Notes: generated by a model not told the origin, from the sequence alone. Counted from the stretch's first letter, positions 42,502-55,214 are shown. The stretch: DNA of 64,000 nt from Tubiluchus corallicola (GCA_030141605.1 JAQGDQ010000256.1:1-64000), one strand, 5' to 3'. Numbers and translations are program-made.

Positions 42502-44460
42502 ACATTTATACATTAGTAAAAAGTAAACAATAAAATTATATGGCCATGTTCAGCACAACAGTTTTGCCTACAACTGTGACAAATTCTATTTCTCACAAAT
42601 CGTGAAATAAAGACACAAGGAATTATTTAAGAGAACACTTTCCTGGTGTAAATTTGATTGCGCACCTTTTAAATGCAATTTTTATTTATCGATGCAACAA
42701 TTCTGCTTCAAAACAATTAATAAAAGAAAGTGAATAACTACCATTATTATAAATTATTATTAACTATTATAAATTGTTATTCATATTGATATAATTTAAA
42801 TGAGTGAATTGTACAAAAATTGTAAGGATGGAATTGATCATGGAATATGAATATAACACAGACAAAACCTGCACCATAACCTGTTTGGCGCTGCCATCTA
42901 TCGCTGAAACATCGAAATGAGACAAGACGGGGAAAAGCAATGCTGATTGCCCTATATACGCGAGAAAATTTGTCTTAATGGAGTTAGAACTAAACAGTCA
43001 ATCGCTTTTATTCGAGATTAGGATGCCAAGATCATTGCAAGATTCAAATTTAATATACTCAAATTTTCTGTTGCTTTTTATTCGTGTTATTTAAATGAAG
43101 CTGTCGGCTGAAAATGACAAAAGATGAGTGAAATTTAACTTAATAGTAGATACCTTATGTTACAGGACACAGAACACAGACACAAATTGTCTAAACAATA
43201 CTACTTATTTACTATAGTTTGAAATTATTCCAAATGTCTGTATCCCTCTGTATCTTTATTCCGTAAGATCACAAAACAATTGTCAAGAATGTTTTAATTC
43301 TTTTGCGTCAGCATGAGGTTAAGTAATTCCGCTCTGAGTTTTTATTTCGTGGGAATACAGCTGTCGCATAATATCAATCGCACCAGACTAGTGTCGCAGC
43401 CACCGTCTGATGTAGCCTCACACACCTGTAAAAATACAAAGTCACTCTTTGTTCAATTTTTTTCAATTTTGAGTGTAGTAATTTGAAGCGTGAAACGATA
43501 TTAACAAAAAGACTGCCTCAAAATGGGCTACCAAGTATAATAAAGCGCATTATACTTTTCTTCTGTTAAAGGCTAAGTGAGTGAAATGGTCAGCAATGCT
43601 GCTTGATTTCTTGTACGCCTTCTGAATGAGACAAATCCTTTATTATTGTGATACAGGTAAGAATAAAATTAAGATTGAAAGATACGTGACTTGCAAAGAG
43701 AACATCATTTTCTGTGTAATTTCAACAAATAACCAAATGTAACGCATAAAATCTTGCAAAAGTTCATACCAGTAATGATGTAATTTAAATATATAAATAC
43801 TGCGAAATCGATTTACTTTACAAGAAATCGATTTGTTTACAAGAGCTGAAAACCTTGCTTAACTTTTATCATTGCTTATTCTTTTATTAAAAAGTTTCAA
43901 GGGGGTTTAAAAATATTGTTTTCTTTTGTGTAATTTAGTGAAGCTTATTATTAACTACTATAGCCCCTAACATTACCTGAATTAGACAACTTTTGTAAAC
44001 AGTGCATGTATCCTACGCGTAAAGAAACAACTCTAAATAAATTTAATTATTTGCTGCAAGATACAACAACCGCAAACTTTGAAGATACGCAGCTTGTTGG
44101 GCATTTGGCTAACTGGCTTTCACGGACAAGATGTAGATGCACAAATTAATGCATTAATTCTGCACTTACTCGTTTGTTGAATTCTTGTCGAGTACTTGGT
44201 CTTAGATTCGAGACATCCAAAGGCTCAAAATCAAACGCGATTCCATTCAGAAGGATGCAAGAGCAACGTCTTTGTTCAAACTAAGCAATGAATTATAAAT
44301 TAGCATTTTCAATTATTCGCAAAGTGTTATGCATTTGCAATTAATATTAGTAGCACTAACGTGCACCAAGGTCGGAATCTTCAACATTATGTAGAAAATA
44401 TCATTTTAATAACACTAAAGTTGATACCCTTTGAATAATAAATTCCTATATGTGTTGTTC

Positions 44461-44583
<123 letters not shown>

Positions 44584-44771
44584 TCAATACTTATAATCCT
44601 TATATGTGTGCACTTTTGGCAAACATTTAAAAAGATTAGATTTCTTTTGGTGTTCAAGTTGTTGCACAAAAACTGCGCCCTTTAGATTATAAATGTCGTT
44701 TAAATGTATTTAGAAGATCCTTCGACTAAGCAATAAATTGCAAAAGGGCCAGGGTCTACATACATCAACAA

Positions 44772-47660
44772 TCAGTAGAACACTTCCATTGTACGGTTAA
44801 AAATTCTACTGACCTGTTGACATGCATCGTCGCAGCCCACACTTGTCCACTCAGTGCAACTAAAGCCTCGTTCACATCCTTGCAGAAGCAATCTTGCAGC
44901 AGATTCTGAAACAGCACCAATTTCTAACGCCATTCGGTCACGACGAAGGAGTGGCCGACGTGTCGCCCTCGCTGCCCTCAGTAAACTATTAATACGAACA
45001 TTTGCTCTCATATTGGAAGTTTCATCTGTCTCATCAGTTTCTGAAGTTCTCATCATATCCAGGACTTCTGAGGCATCTATATCAGTGCTAGTTACTTGTC
45101 TCATTTGTTGCAAAAGTAGCTGAAGATCGTCATTATCTCGAGCAGCCGATTTCAACATAAGAACTTGAATAGCACCTAGTGCATTTGATAATGAAGAATC
45201 ATCGCTGTTCCTCGAAGTCTCCCTCAACTGTGATAAGATTTCAGTAAACCGAGCAGGGCGTTGATTGGCACTTACATCTTGAACGTTAGACGTTCTTTGT
45301 CTGATCATTTCAAGGCGTTCTCTTGCTAGCATACGGATGCCTTCAATGAAAACGGACCTTCTGTTGTCATTACTCGAGGAAAGAACAGCAGACTGCTGCT
45401 GGCGCCTACCTGTCTGCCTGTCACGTTGCCTTATAATTCTCAGTCTTTCAAGCGACTCCTGAAATCTGTCAGTATTCAAAGGAAGGACAGATTGTTGCTG
45501 CCGCCCACTTGCCTGCCTGCCACGTTGCCGTCTAATTCTGAACATTTCAATCAATTCCTGAAATGTGTTCCTTCTTCCAGTGTTTCCACTTTCATTTTCT
45601 CTTTGAGATGGCTCTTCCTCCACGTCCTCAGTTTGCCTGCTAATTGTTGCTCTATCACCACCACCTCTCTGTGATGGTTCTTCGTCATCATCTTCATTCA
45701 CATCACCAGTAGATTCCCTCTCACTGCTCATTGCTGCTCTACTGTCATCTCTCTGTGACGATTCTTCTTCTTCTTCTTCTTCTTCTTCTTCTTCATCTTC
45801 AGCTTCAGTTAAATCACCACTACTTTCTCCATCACTGCCCATTGCTGCCCTGTTGCCATCTCTCTGTGACGATTCTTGTTCCTCTTCTTCTTCTTCTTCA
45901 TCTTCAGCTTCAGTTAAATCACCACTACTTTCTCCATCATTGCCCATTGCTGCCCTACTACCATCTCTCTGTGACGATTCTTGTTCTTCTTCCTTCTTCT
46001 TCTTCTTCTTCTTCTTCTTCTTCTTCTTCTTCTTCTTCTTCTTCAGTTACATCGCCACTACTTTCTCCATCACTGCCCATTGCTGCCCTACTACCATCTC
46101 TCTGTGACGATTCTTGTTCCCCTTCTTCTTCTTCTTCTTCTTCTTCTTCTTCTTCTTCAGTTACATCGCCACTGCTTTCTCTATCACTGCCCATTGCTGC
46201 CCTACTACCATCTCTCTGTGACGATTCTTGTTCCTCTTCTTCTTCTTCTTCATCTTCAGCTTCAGTTAAATCACCACTACTTTCGTCATCACTGCCCATT
46301 GCTGCCCTACTACCATCTCTCTGTGACGATTCTAGTTCCCCTTCTTCTTCTTCTTCTTCTTCTTCTTCTTCAGTTACATCGCCACTACTTTCTTCATCAC
46401 TGCCCATTGCTGCCCTACTACCATCTCTCTGTGACGATTCTTCTTCTTCTTCTTCATCTTCGGCCACATCGTCACTACTTTCTCCAACTGCCCATTGCTG
46501 CCCTTCCATCTCTGACGATTTTGTTCCCCTTCTTCTTCTTCTCTCTTCTCTTCTTCTCTTCTTCTTCAGTTACATCGCCCTTTTCTCCATCACTGCCCAT
46601 TGCTGCCCTACACCATCCTGTGACGATTCTGTTCTTCCTTCTTCCTTCATCACATCACTACTTCGTCATCATCATTGCTGCCCTACTACATCTCTCTGTG
46701 ACGATTTTGTCCCTTTCTTCTTCTTCTTCTTCTTCTTCTTCTTCTTCAGTTACATCGCCACTACTTTCTCCATCACTCCCATTGCTGCCCTACTACCATC
46801 TCTCTGTGACGATTCTTGTTCCCCTTCTTCTTCTTCTTCTTCTTCTTCTTCTTCAGTTACATCGCCACTACTTTCTCCATCACTGCCCATTTCTGCCCTA
46901 CTACCATCTCTCTGTGACGATTCTTGTTCCTCTTCTTCTTCTTCTTCAGTTACATCGCCACTACTTTCTCCATCACTGCCCATTGCTGCCCTACTACCAT
47001 CTCTCTGTGACGATTCTTGTTCCTCTTCTTCTTCTTCTTCAACCCAATTCTCCCTTCTCTCCTCTTCGTACATCTCCTTCTCCTCTTCGACATCAAACAT
47101 CTCTTTCTTCCATATCCCATTCTCTCTTTCATCTTCTTCACGATTCTTGTTCCTCTTCTTCTTCTTCTTCTTCTTCAGTTACATCGCCACTACTCATCAC
47201 TGCCCATTGCTGCCCTACTACCATCTCTCTGTGACGAGTCTTGTTCCTCTTCTTCTTCTTCTTCTTCATCATCATCTTCAGTTACATCACCACTACTTTC
47301 TCCATCACTGCCCATTGCTGTCCTACTACGATCTCTTTCTGACGAACCTTGTTCCTCTTCTTCTTCTTCTTCTTCTTCTTCAGCCGTGGCACCACTACTT
47401 TCTCCATCAGTGCCCGCTGCTGCTCTACTACCAACTCTCTGTGAAGATTCTTGTTCTTCTTCGTCTTCAGCCGTGGCACCTCCACTTTCTCCATCACTAC
47501 TCACTGCTGCCGTACTACCATTTCTCTGCGATGATTCTTGTTCTTCCTGGTTATCCCCATCACTGTCTGCTCGCGGCAATGGCTGTATAATCTCTTCTAC
47601 AGCATCTCCTAATTGACTGTTCTGTGCAACTTCTGTTTCATCTTTATCACCATTTACCAC
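44772..47660 (-). CDS. Main exon of a secreted Glu/Ser/Asp-rich tandem-repeat protein (~950 aa if frameshifts are corrected)
   Basis: Four collinear minus-strand ORFs (47190-47660, 46750-47100, 45958-46509, 44772-45947) encode the same repeat. Acceptor ttaaaAG|GTG at 47660. A unique Arg-rich region and 4-Cys C-terminus are open through to TGA at 44772. Confidence 0.8.
45590..47560 (-). repeat. Coding minisatellite: about 18-20 units of ~95-130 bp, each with a variable (GAA)n poly-Glu tract
   Basis: Recurring plus-strand core ccatcactgcccattgctgccctactaccatctctctgtgacgattc followed by (ttc)n; units diverge toward both ends. Confidence 0.97.
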
Positions 47661-48831
47661 CTTTTAACGAAAAATAATACACTCATTATTTCAAGCAACT
47701 AGATTTTTTGTCGTTTGCTTATAAGGGTCTATTTCTGGTAACCAGATTATAAGACATTTGACAAGTAGATTTCGCTTTAATTGGTCTGATTGAGCTTAAA
47801 CCTGAAGTTGTTTTATGTTTTTAAGACAATATTAAATGAAATTGAAAGTTTGTGCTCATAACAAATAGGTTAGACGAAAAAGAACCCAGCCGAGCTCATA
47901 TTCAAAGTTTGAGTATTTACTGAAAAAGCATTCAAATGTATCCAAATAAAAAAGAGTACATGGAAATCGAAATCTGAATGGAAGTGTCTAAATACGTTTA
48001 AAATGAAGATACGTTTCAATGAAATTTGCTAAGGAGCACAGTTTGCAACTGGGCCTTTTACAGTTGTCGACCAGTCAACGCATCTAGAATGCTAATCTGT
48101 TATTTTTAATCATGAAGGGTCACGTCAGTTACTTATACGGGCATTTAGGTATAGCGTGCACTTATAGCACGCTCACTTTAGACAAGGCTTGCTATTGCAG
48201 ATAGTTGTGGTGAGACAGCTGGAGCAGGCTATCATTTTGTCAAAGAAAATGCTCTGGCCTTTAGGATGATACGTTGATAATATTACGTGCCTTTGTGAGA
48301 GAAATAGGCGGTGAAAAGGTAAAATAAACCGTATCAAAGCATTCCCTCACAGTTACCAATCCATTCACTAACCAAGCTCAGCGATGTTTAATTACAATAA
48401 CATACAGTGGCTACAGGGACTCACTCATGACTAATCAGCCACCCCTAAATCCAAGCTTATATCACTAAGCCTGGGTAAGAAATGAGAAAATTTACATTTT
48501 TGTCTTTATCTCAGTATTGTTATACTGTGCCCCGCATTTGCCCAATTAGACCCGGAGCATCAGATGTTTAATCCGCAACTCAAGTGCAAAAGGTTTGCGT
48601 AACTAAATACACTGAACAAAGGCCAAGTTTTAAAAACATGTTTATTGTTTATCTTATGTTGAGTAACCGATCACGAAATGTCTCACGTAAATGAAGCCAA
48701 AAAATGACCATTTAATGCAAATTTGAGCACAAAAATATGCCATTATGATAGAGCATGGTTAGTAGGCATTTAGACTCATGCTCAAGACAAAAATACCATT
48801 CAACAGTGGATGCAAGACAAACTTGGCCGTT

Positions 48832-49053
48832 AAGTGGCGTTTATGTAGCATGCGGATGTGGATGTGTTTTTTAGGGGGCGCGGAATAGATAAGACCGGTT
48901 TATACTGTTTTCAATGCACCCGTTTATGCAGCCTGCGTATGCATTATTCTTTTTCTGCAGCTATTTCCTATTGATTTTTTTCCGCGGGCTATTCCGCAAG
49001 AGTATATGTTTCGCAGGTGGAAAACGCATCCGCATACTACCTAAACGCCACTT
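48832..49053. mobile_element. ~220-bp MITE with ~28-bp terminal inverted repeats, in the intron of the acidic-protein gene
   Basis: Left aagtggcgtttatgtagcatgcggatg; right catccgcatactacctaaacgccactt (2 mismatches). TA/TTA flanks. Confidence 0.85.
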
Positions 49054-50427
49054 TAGTCAGTTGTCACTAATTCGCCTAAATTAGAGCACAAGAAAAACAA
49101 TTTTATTGGTCGTTGTAGTCCTTTTATATTCATGACAAAAGAAATGTAGTCATAAATAATCTTAAGACAGATTCAATGTAAAAAAATTATATTATTAGTT
49201 GTTTTATTAGTTACAAGATTAGATTCATGAAAACGTAATAAATGTATGTGCGACAAATAAAAACTCTGTATATTCAGGTCACTTGAATACATTTACTGTA
49301 CAAAAGCATGGTTATTGCGTGTTAAAGACTTAAACTTGACTTAAAGCTTTATACTCTTCGCATTTTTATAAAATGCTATAACAGGCATGCATTTCTAGAA
49401 AGTGCAAATTTAATTTCTGTGTCATAGCAGAATATTAACTAATATGAAAGGCAACCAACTGATTTTGTTCATTTTTATAATTAACAAAAATCACCTGTTG
49501 TCTTTAATAATAATTAATACAACTAATTCTGCTGCGACACTATAGTCAAGCGCTTTTTATTATTATTTTAACACTATAATGCTGTTAGGGCATATTGTAA
49601 AAAAGACGTAGAATATGCAGACTGTTATAACCTTAAGTCTTATTTTTATACATACATGTACTCTTGTCAATAAAAGCAGACTAGTAAACCAATGAATAAT
49701 ATAATTTTTTATATTGAATCTTGTCTTCTTAAGTTTATCTACATAATTATAATTTCTTTTGTCATTAGTATAAGTTTAGCGTATACTACGTAAGTACAAA
49801 AAGCTCCCACTAAAATTTTTCTTGTGCTCTAATTAACGTGAAATGGTGACCCATATGACCAAGATCAAGTTTGTCTTTTATCCACTTATGACTGGTATTT
49901 TTCTCTTAAACATAAATCTAAGCGCTACTAACCATGCTGTCACATTACGTTGACACAAAAATTTTCCTTGTGCTATAATGTTGCATTAAATGGTTATTAA
50001 TTGGCTTCTTCTACGTAATCTTTGACCTCTCGTGACTAGTTGCACAACGCAAAACATATTTGTCGCGGTGTATATCGCCAGGGAAAGCTACGACCGAGTT
50101 TGAAAATTTCCCATCGCTTTTAAGCTTCCTTGCGAGCCTCACGCTGCGCCAGAGCAGAGCGGCTGCTTCTTTGTGATTTTTTAAATTTGTGGTTTCCAGT
50201 CGTAATAAATCATTTGATATGGATTTGGGTAAAAATTCGCGGTACGTTGGCTAATGCTTCTAACTTATCACCTTTTCATTGTTGTCCTGTGTTTGTGCTT
50301 CGTGTGGTCATATGTAAAATAAGGTGTAATCATGTATGTTAACTCAATGTTTCGCGTTTCTTTTACGTAGTTAAGCTGGAACGGCAGAGAAAATCATTTA
50401 CTACTACATGTATATAATTACGATATT

Positions 50428-50500
50428 GACGGCGAGCGTAAGTTTCGAACCAAGCTCCGCACCGCCGTCACTTGGTACCTCAACCGAATGTGTTACAAGC
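50428..50500 (-). mobile_element. Degenerate tRNA-derived (SINE-like) head
   Basis: Minus strand has an A-box-like taacacattcgg and a B-box GGTTCGAAAC at tRNA-like spacing; no clean cloverleaf. Confidence 0.35.
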
Positions 50501-51057
50501 ATCTTCCGTCGTTACAATATTTTTGAATCTTGTTTTTTTTTCATTCTGTTTAGCTAGTTAAACCTTCTGTGCTCGAATTTTGCATTAAACTTCTCTGAGC
50601 TCCCGGTCTAAGTAGCTTGCTACAAAAACAGACATTATTCGCTGATTTGAACTTATTGAGCAACGGCACACAGGCTTATAACTCTAGCGCTATTTTCAGA
50701 ACTCGGTATAAAACTGTGAGTGAGACGATAATTTAAAAAGAAGCTCTCTTCTTCATTCTCATGTCTGCAATGGGGCCTACACTTATGATCTAATTTGCCT
50801 CTAGATAAAAAAAACTAAGCCGATTATTAAAATTGACTTGAGAATTTTACAGTTGCAATACTAATGATAATGGTAACGACAAGTTTTTGAATTCACTGTG
50901 ATAAATTGTTATATTGCTTTTAGTAAATAACTTGTGGCATTTATATTTCGATAGCATACTATAGACACATGTCAGTAAGTAATGACTAATAATTATTACC
51001 TTATGCGTGTGCTGTATTAATAGTCAGACGACTCAAACAGTTGTTTTAATAACTTAC

Positions 51058-51098
51058 GTGAACTGACAAAAGTCCCACCAGCAGCCATAGTCTATACA
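51058..51098 (-). CDS. 41-nt signal-peptide exon of the acidic repeat protein (x-YRLWLLVGLLSVH)
   Basis: Acceptor attttacAG, donor CAC|GTAAGT (phase 0). Joins in frame to VVNGDKDET at 47660, giving a signal peptide with a plausible VNG|D cleavage site. Confidence 0.65.
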
Positions 51099-53355
51099 CT
51101 GTAAAATATGAAATAAATAATGGAAATAGGCAGCAAGTAATCCTAAATTCATACAATACACAAAATGCTTGTCACGCCTAGACATCAGGTTTGGTGGGGT
51201 TAGTTGGGTGTGTAATTGAGGAAGTGAGTGAATAAGTGAATACAAGCCATGAGGAGCATGTGAATGATGAGTGAGTGAACGATATCCCAACAGTAAATTA
51301 CATTGGTGATAAAGAAAGGCCCAATTTTATTGATGTAAAGTTAGTAATTTCAATTTTTTTAAAATTTCACATCAAATTTAAAGATTAGAAATCCTTGCTT
51401 GAACTGCCTGTCTAAGCAGCAACAAGTATTAGGACATGCTTTCGTAACAGAAAGCGATAATAGTCTTATACCCTACACTTTGACGGACTGGCGCAGCGAA
51501 AAGGCTAAAATTTGATTTCAAATAAAGCAAGTTTTAGGGTTTGTTTTAACGACTTCTCCGACATTTCAGCAAAAGTGCAGTACAGTACCGGTACTATAGT
51601 GATCGTGACTATAAAAAAATTAAAAAAACAATTTTCACCCGTATCACATAGGTTCAGCAGTCTTGAGACCTATACTGGAAAATCTAACGACCTAAATGAC
51701 CAACAGGCTAGCCATTTTCCAAACATACACCAAGTATCAATATGAAAGAAAAAAAATTACCTGAAATTACCATGATTCGTATTGTTTTACACAGTGTCCT
51801 TTTTGCTGAATCTGTTCACGTACTCTCTCACAACCGTAAAAATTGTCTGAGATTTTTAAACAGTATGAAGAAAGACTTCATGTTCGATAACGTAAATAAG
51901 AAAAGTTGTTACATGTTGGATATTTGCATAACACAGTAATTTTTATGACACTTTATAACCAACAAAAAACTCCTCTTATCAACGAAGATGTAGTAATGTC
52001 TCCCAGAACTAGGGACATGGTTCTGTTTTGGTTGGATTTGCGCAAATTTGCTAATTAACAGGTCATTGGTCTTTTTTTCAAACTGACAACAGGTCATCCC
52101 AGAGAACTGCTGTTAAAATTGCGACAGTAATGATACCTAACATGCTTCTATTATGGCTTTATGATAATCTACCACTTTCAAAATAATGTGGTAACAAATA
52201 TTACTATACTAAGCTTGTGGAGCTTCATCATGTTACAAATTTAGCTCCATTAAAAGTGCATTTAATCAAAATATTCACGGCGCTTCTTATGCGCAATAAT
52301 AGCACTTCCGCGTATGAGTTTTACACACTAACCTACTGGCAAAAAGAATATGGTAATTACTCTTGAACGCCTTAGGCCGCCAAACACTCGACTAATTTTG
52401 TCTTAATTTACAACAAGACTAAACGGATTCGAATCCAACTGCCCGAGTGTAACGACTATATCTGATCTTGGGTGTTAACATGAACTAAGATTAGCTGCCT
52501 AGTTTTCACATTTTTGCTCCTATCTCGAACTCCAGATAATACCAGCTTTTTTAACTAAACCATTGTCTAAGACCCTTTCCAGCTCGCTTGTCAAACTTAT
52601 AAACCAGTGTCAATGACAGTTTTAATGCTATCACTAAATGTAATTATAATACATATAATATAATATACATAATATATTATATTAGTATTCAATATTATTA
52701 ATTATAATCAATTCAATTTTAATTGCTTGAAAACACCAAAATGTGTCGAATGCAGATTTGACATTTTAATAATTATGTTAGCATATCTTATATGCTTATT
52801 ATGATAATATTCTTTTATATATTTTATATTATATATAATAATAATAACACAGTTGGCCGGAAGGCAACTGTTGGTTCGAGTCTAGGGGAAGTGCAAAATT
52901 TTTCAGACTTTCTAATTTAGTAATTCGTGCGTTTATTGGACTACTAGTACATAATACTCACTACATCAAAAAATGTTCGGCAATAACTATACAATATTAA
53001 GTTAATCAATAAAAATCTCTCGTCAGTAAACCATATCTACATTCACATCAGACGGTCGATTTCAATTCATCGACTTTTTTTCAAAACATGTCGTAACTAG
53101 TTAGACGTATTATTTGTAATTGAATATAAACAAGATGATCACGTGGGCACCATCTTTTTACCACCACGCTATAGTAAAAACAATTTTTGTCGTCATCATC
53201 ATCACTGTTATAATGCCCAAAATGTCTATGCTAGACGCTGGGCAGAAAATCCTAAAATAAAGAAATCTGCCCTCAAGATAGGAAAACACAACAGTAATTC
53301 AGCAAACATCTCGGACAAGTGGCCTACCCCTGTACCGGAAATTTTTAATTATGAC

Positions 53356-53517
53356 TCAATTTCGTTCTTTGTGGACGGCAGCCCAGAATACAATATGAAA
53401 CAAGATGTATCCACAAAAGTAAAGAACACGAAACAGGATATCAACTTTCGCTCCTCTGTCATTGTCGCTCCACAGACTTCCCAAACAACCGCCCCGCTTG
53501 CGCCTGATCTTTTCTTC
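53356..53517 (-). CDS. Cys-loop ligand-gated ion channel subunit, last exon (short M3-M4 loop and M4)
   Basis: Acceptor ttttttcAG, phase 0. AKVDILFRVLYFCGYILFHIVFWA matches the M4 pattern IDxxSRxxFPxxFxxFNxxYW of GABA-A/Gly/GluCl-type subunits. Confidence 0.8.
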   Translation of the reverse strand, partial: EEKIRRKRGGCLGSLWSDNDRGAKVDILFRVLYFCGYILFHIVFWAAVHKERN

Positions 53518-54033
53518 CTGAAAAAAATCATTGAAGGACACTATAGTAAATGATGTTTTTTGTATGACGCTGCAAGGCATGTTATTCGTTCACCTGTCAT
53601 CTACCATGAGGTCATCATTTCTGGATATTTACTTATTTACTGGATATTTACAATGTATAAGACAAATAAGAGACGAACGCAAATTGATCTAACATCATTA
53701 ATATAAGAAGTAAAATAAAGTTAGGATATGTGTTTTATAATACAATATTTACAATGTTAGTTAATAGCATATTAATTAAAAAGTAAAAAATGCGAAAGGA
53801 AAAAAATCTAAAAACGTAGGCACTAGTCTGGTCTAGGATGAATGCCGGATGTTGTGCCATAGCGGCGACGATAATATAGCATCACTATTCAAAACTGTAA
53901 TTACTGCCTGTTTAAATTACATCGGAACCAACTAGCTAGACTATACATGTGTTTTCTCAAAAGAACAAAAAATATATATTAATTATTTTCCATAAACAAG
54001 GGTCTTGTTAAAGCATGACGAGCTTGTTAATTC

Positions 54034-54156
54034 AAGAATTCATGAAATAAAAAGCCCGGAGGAAAAGTGAATTTATAAGCCACCATTTTGCCCCTAGGAG
54101 CAGTTGATTTGAACTCGACTCGATTTGCTCTTGGGCCTCTTATTTTATGAATTTTT
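54034..54156. mobile_element. Short fold-back element in the channel intron
   Basis: Imperfect inverted arms aattcatgaaataaaaagcccggag / ctcttgggcctcttattttatgaatt. Confidence 0.6.
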
Positions 54157-54491
54157 GCATTAAGAGATTGCCGTGCTTACTCTTGCAATAAGAAAATCTG
54201 AGAAACGTCTAGAATTACGAGCAGCCATTTTGCATCTAGGACATCTAGGAATTGCTGCTTTTAAATGCCTCGGGCTTTTTATCTGCAGACATCTTTACCT
54301 ATAAATTGCCTCCAATTGACTGCAACTTTGACCAGTTCAAGATACACCTTAAATACTTGCTTAACTATAAAAAATACAAGCAACCATAAAAAATTGGTGT
54401 GCATGCGAGGTGATCATAACTCAAAGTTAAGTGGATCATTTAAAGTCTAGTATGCCTAAGTTCATTTCCAAAAATGAACTGCAATACTAAC

Positions 54492-54811
54492 CGGGCAGTA
54501 AGTGACTGCATTAGCCAGCCCAAAAGCAAACGTAGCGATGACTGCGAATGCCAGAATTCCATGCTTCCAATGGTCCATCAACGTCAAGTAGCCCACGTGC
54601 GGCAGAATCTCTTCTGAGCAGTAGATGGTCACTACTTGCATAGCCACTAAGACAAACAGCGTGGTCATGCGAGCGTAAACTACCCGATGGGGGATCCATA
54701 AGCTGAACCACATCAACGCACCAAGAAGGGCTGAAGGCATGATCATACGTCTCATCAAAGCGTTTCCTGAACGTACTAATTTTAGTTGCAGATTTACCCT
54801 CTGATAAACAC
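54492..54811 (-). CDS. Cys-loop ligand-gated ion channel subunit, exon encoding beta10 and M1-M3 (divergent anion-channel type)
   Basis: Reads VYQRVNLQLKLVR...MIMPSALLGALMWFSLWI...YAR...LPHVGYLTLMDHW...LANAV, matching YxRxxxxFxLxR, PSxLxxxxSWxSFWI, PAR and LPxVSYxKAIDxW with exact R0'-P23' spacing. Acceptor gtatAG, donor CCG|GTTAGT. Confidence 0.85.
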
Positions 54812-55214
54812 CTATACAAACAAGAAACAGACAATTCTTAAAGGAAAACGATTTTTCATGTTCTACCCAATTTTGAAGTACGGTAAAAAACTATACAATT
54901 TAACACATATAATAATGCCAACGCGTTTCCGATAATGAAATAATGGGTTAAAAATCTTAATTAATGGCGAGCCCAACTAATGATGACATCACAACTGAAC
55001 ATAATTTCCAACAGCATAAACATTTCATGAGCATGTCGAACGTGTTTGCTAAAGCGGAAATGAAGTACAGTGCTACTCTACAAATTTCAGCGTGATATAC
55101 AAAAACTCGGCAAATTTTAAGTTGAAAATTCAAATTTCAAGTTTACCGCTGTACTCACGCATGACCTCTTGATCGTGTGTAATACGTCGCAACCAAACAT
55201 CTCTGAACTGAGAG

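Noticed and set aside
45590-47560. Repeat-spacer appearance resembling a CRISPR array
   Set aside because: Intervening sequences are (TTC)n tracts rather than unique spacers, there are no cas genes and the context is eukaryotic; it is a coding minisatellite.
45731-47616. Long plus-strand Ser/Leu-rich ORFs (619, 417, 199 aa)
   Set aside because: Antisense shadows of the repeat. They start at non-ATG codons, whereas the minus strand has the splice sites, signal peptide and unique C-terminus.
52420-52900. B-box-like motifs (gattcgaatcc, ggttcgagtc) suggesting tRNA genes
   Set aside because: No cloverleaf can be folded; at most decayed SINE heads.
53143-53553. 136-aa plus-strand ORF
   Set aside because: Antisense to the M4 exon of the channel gene.
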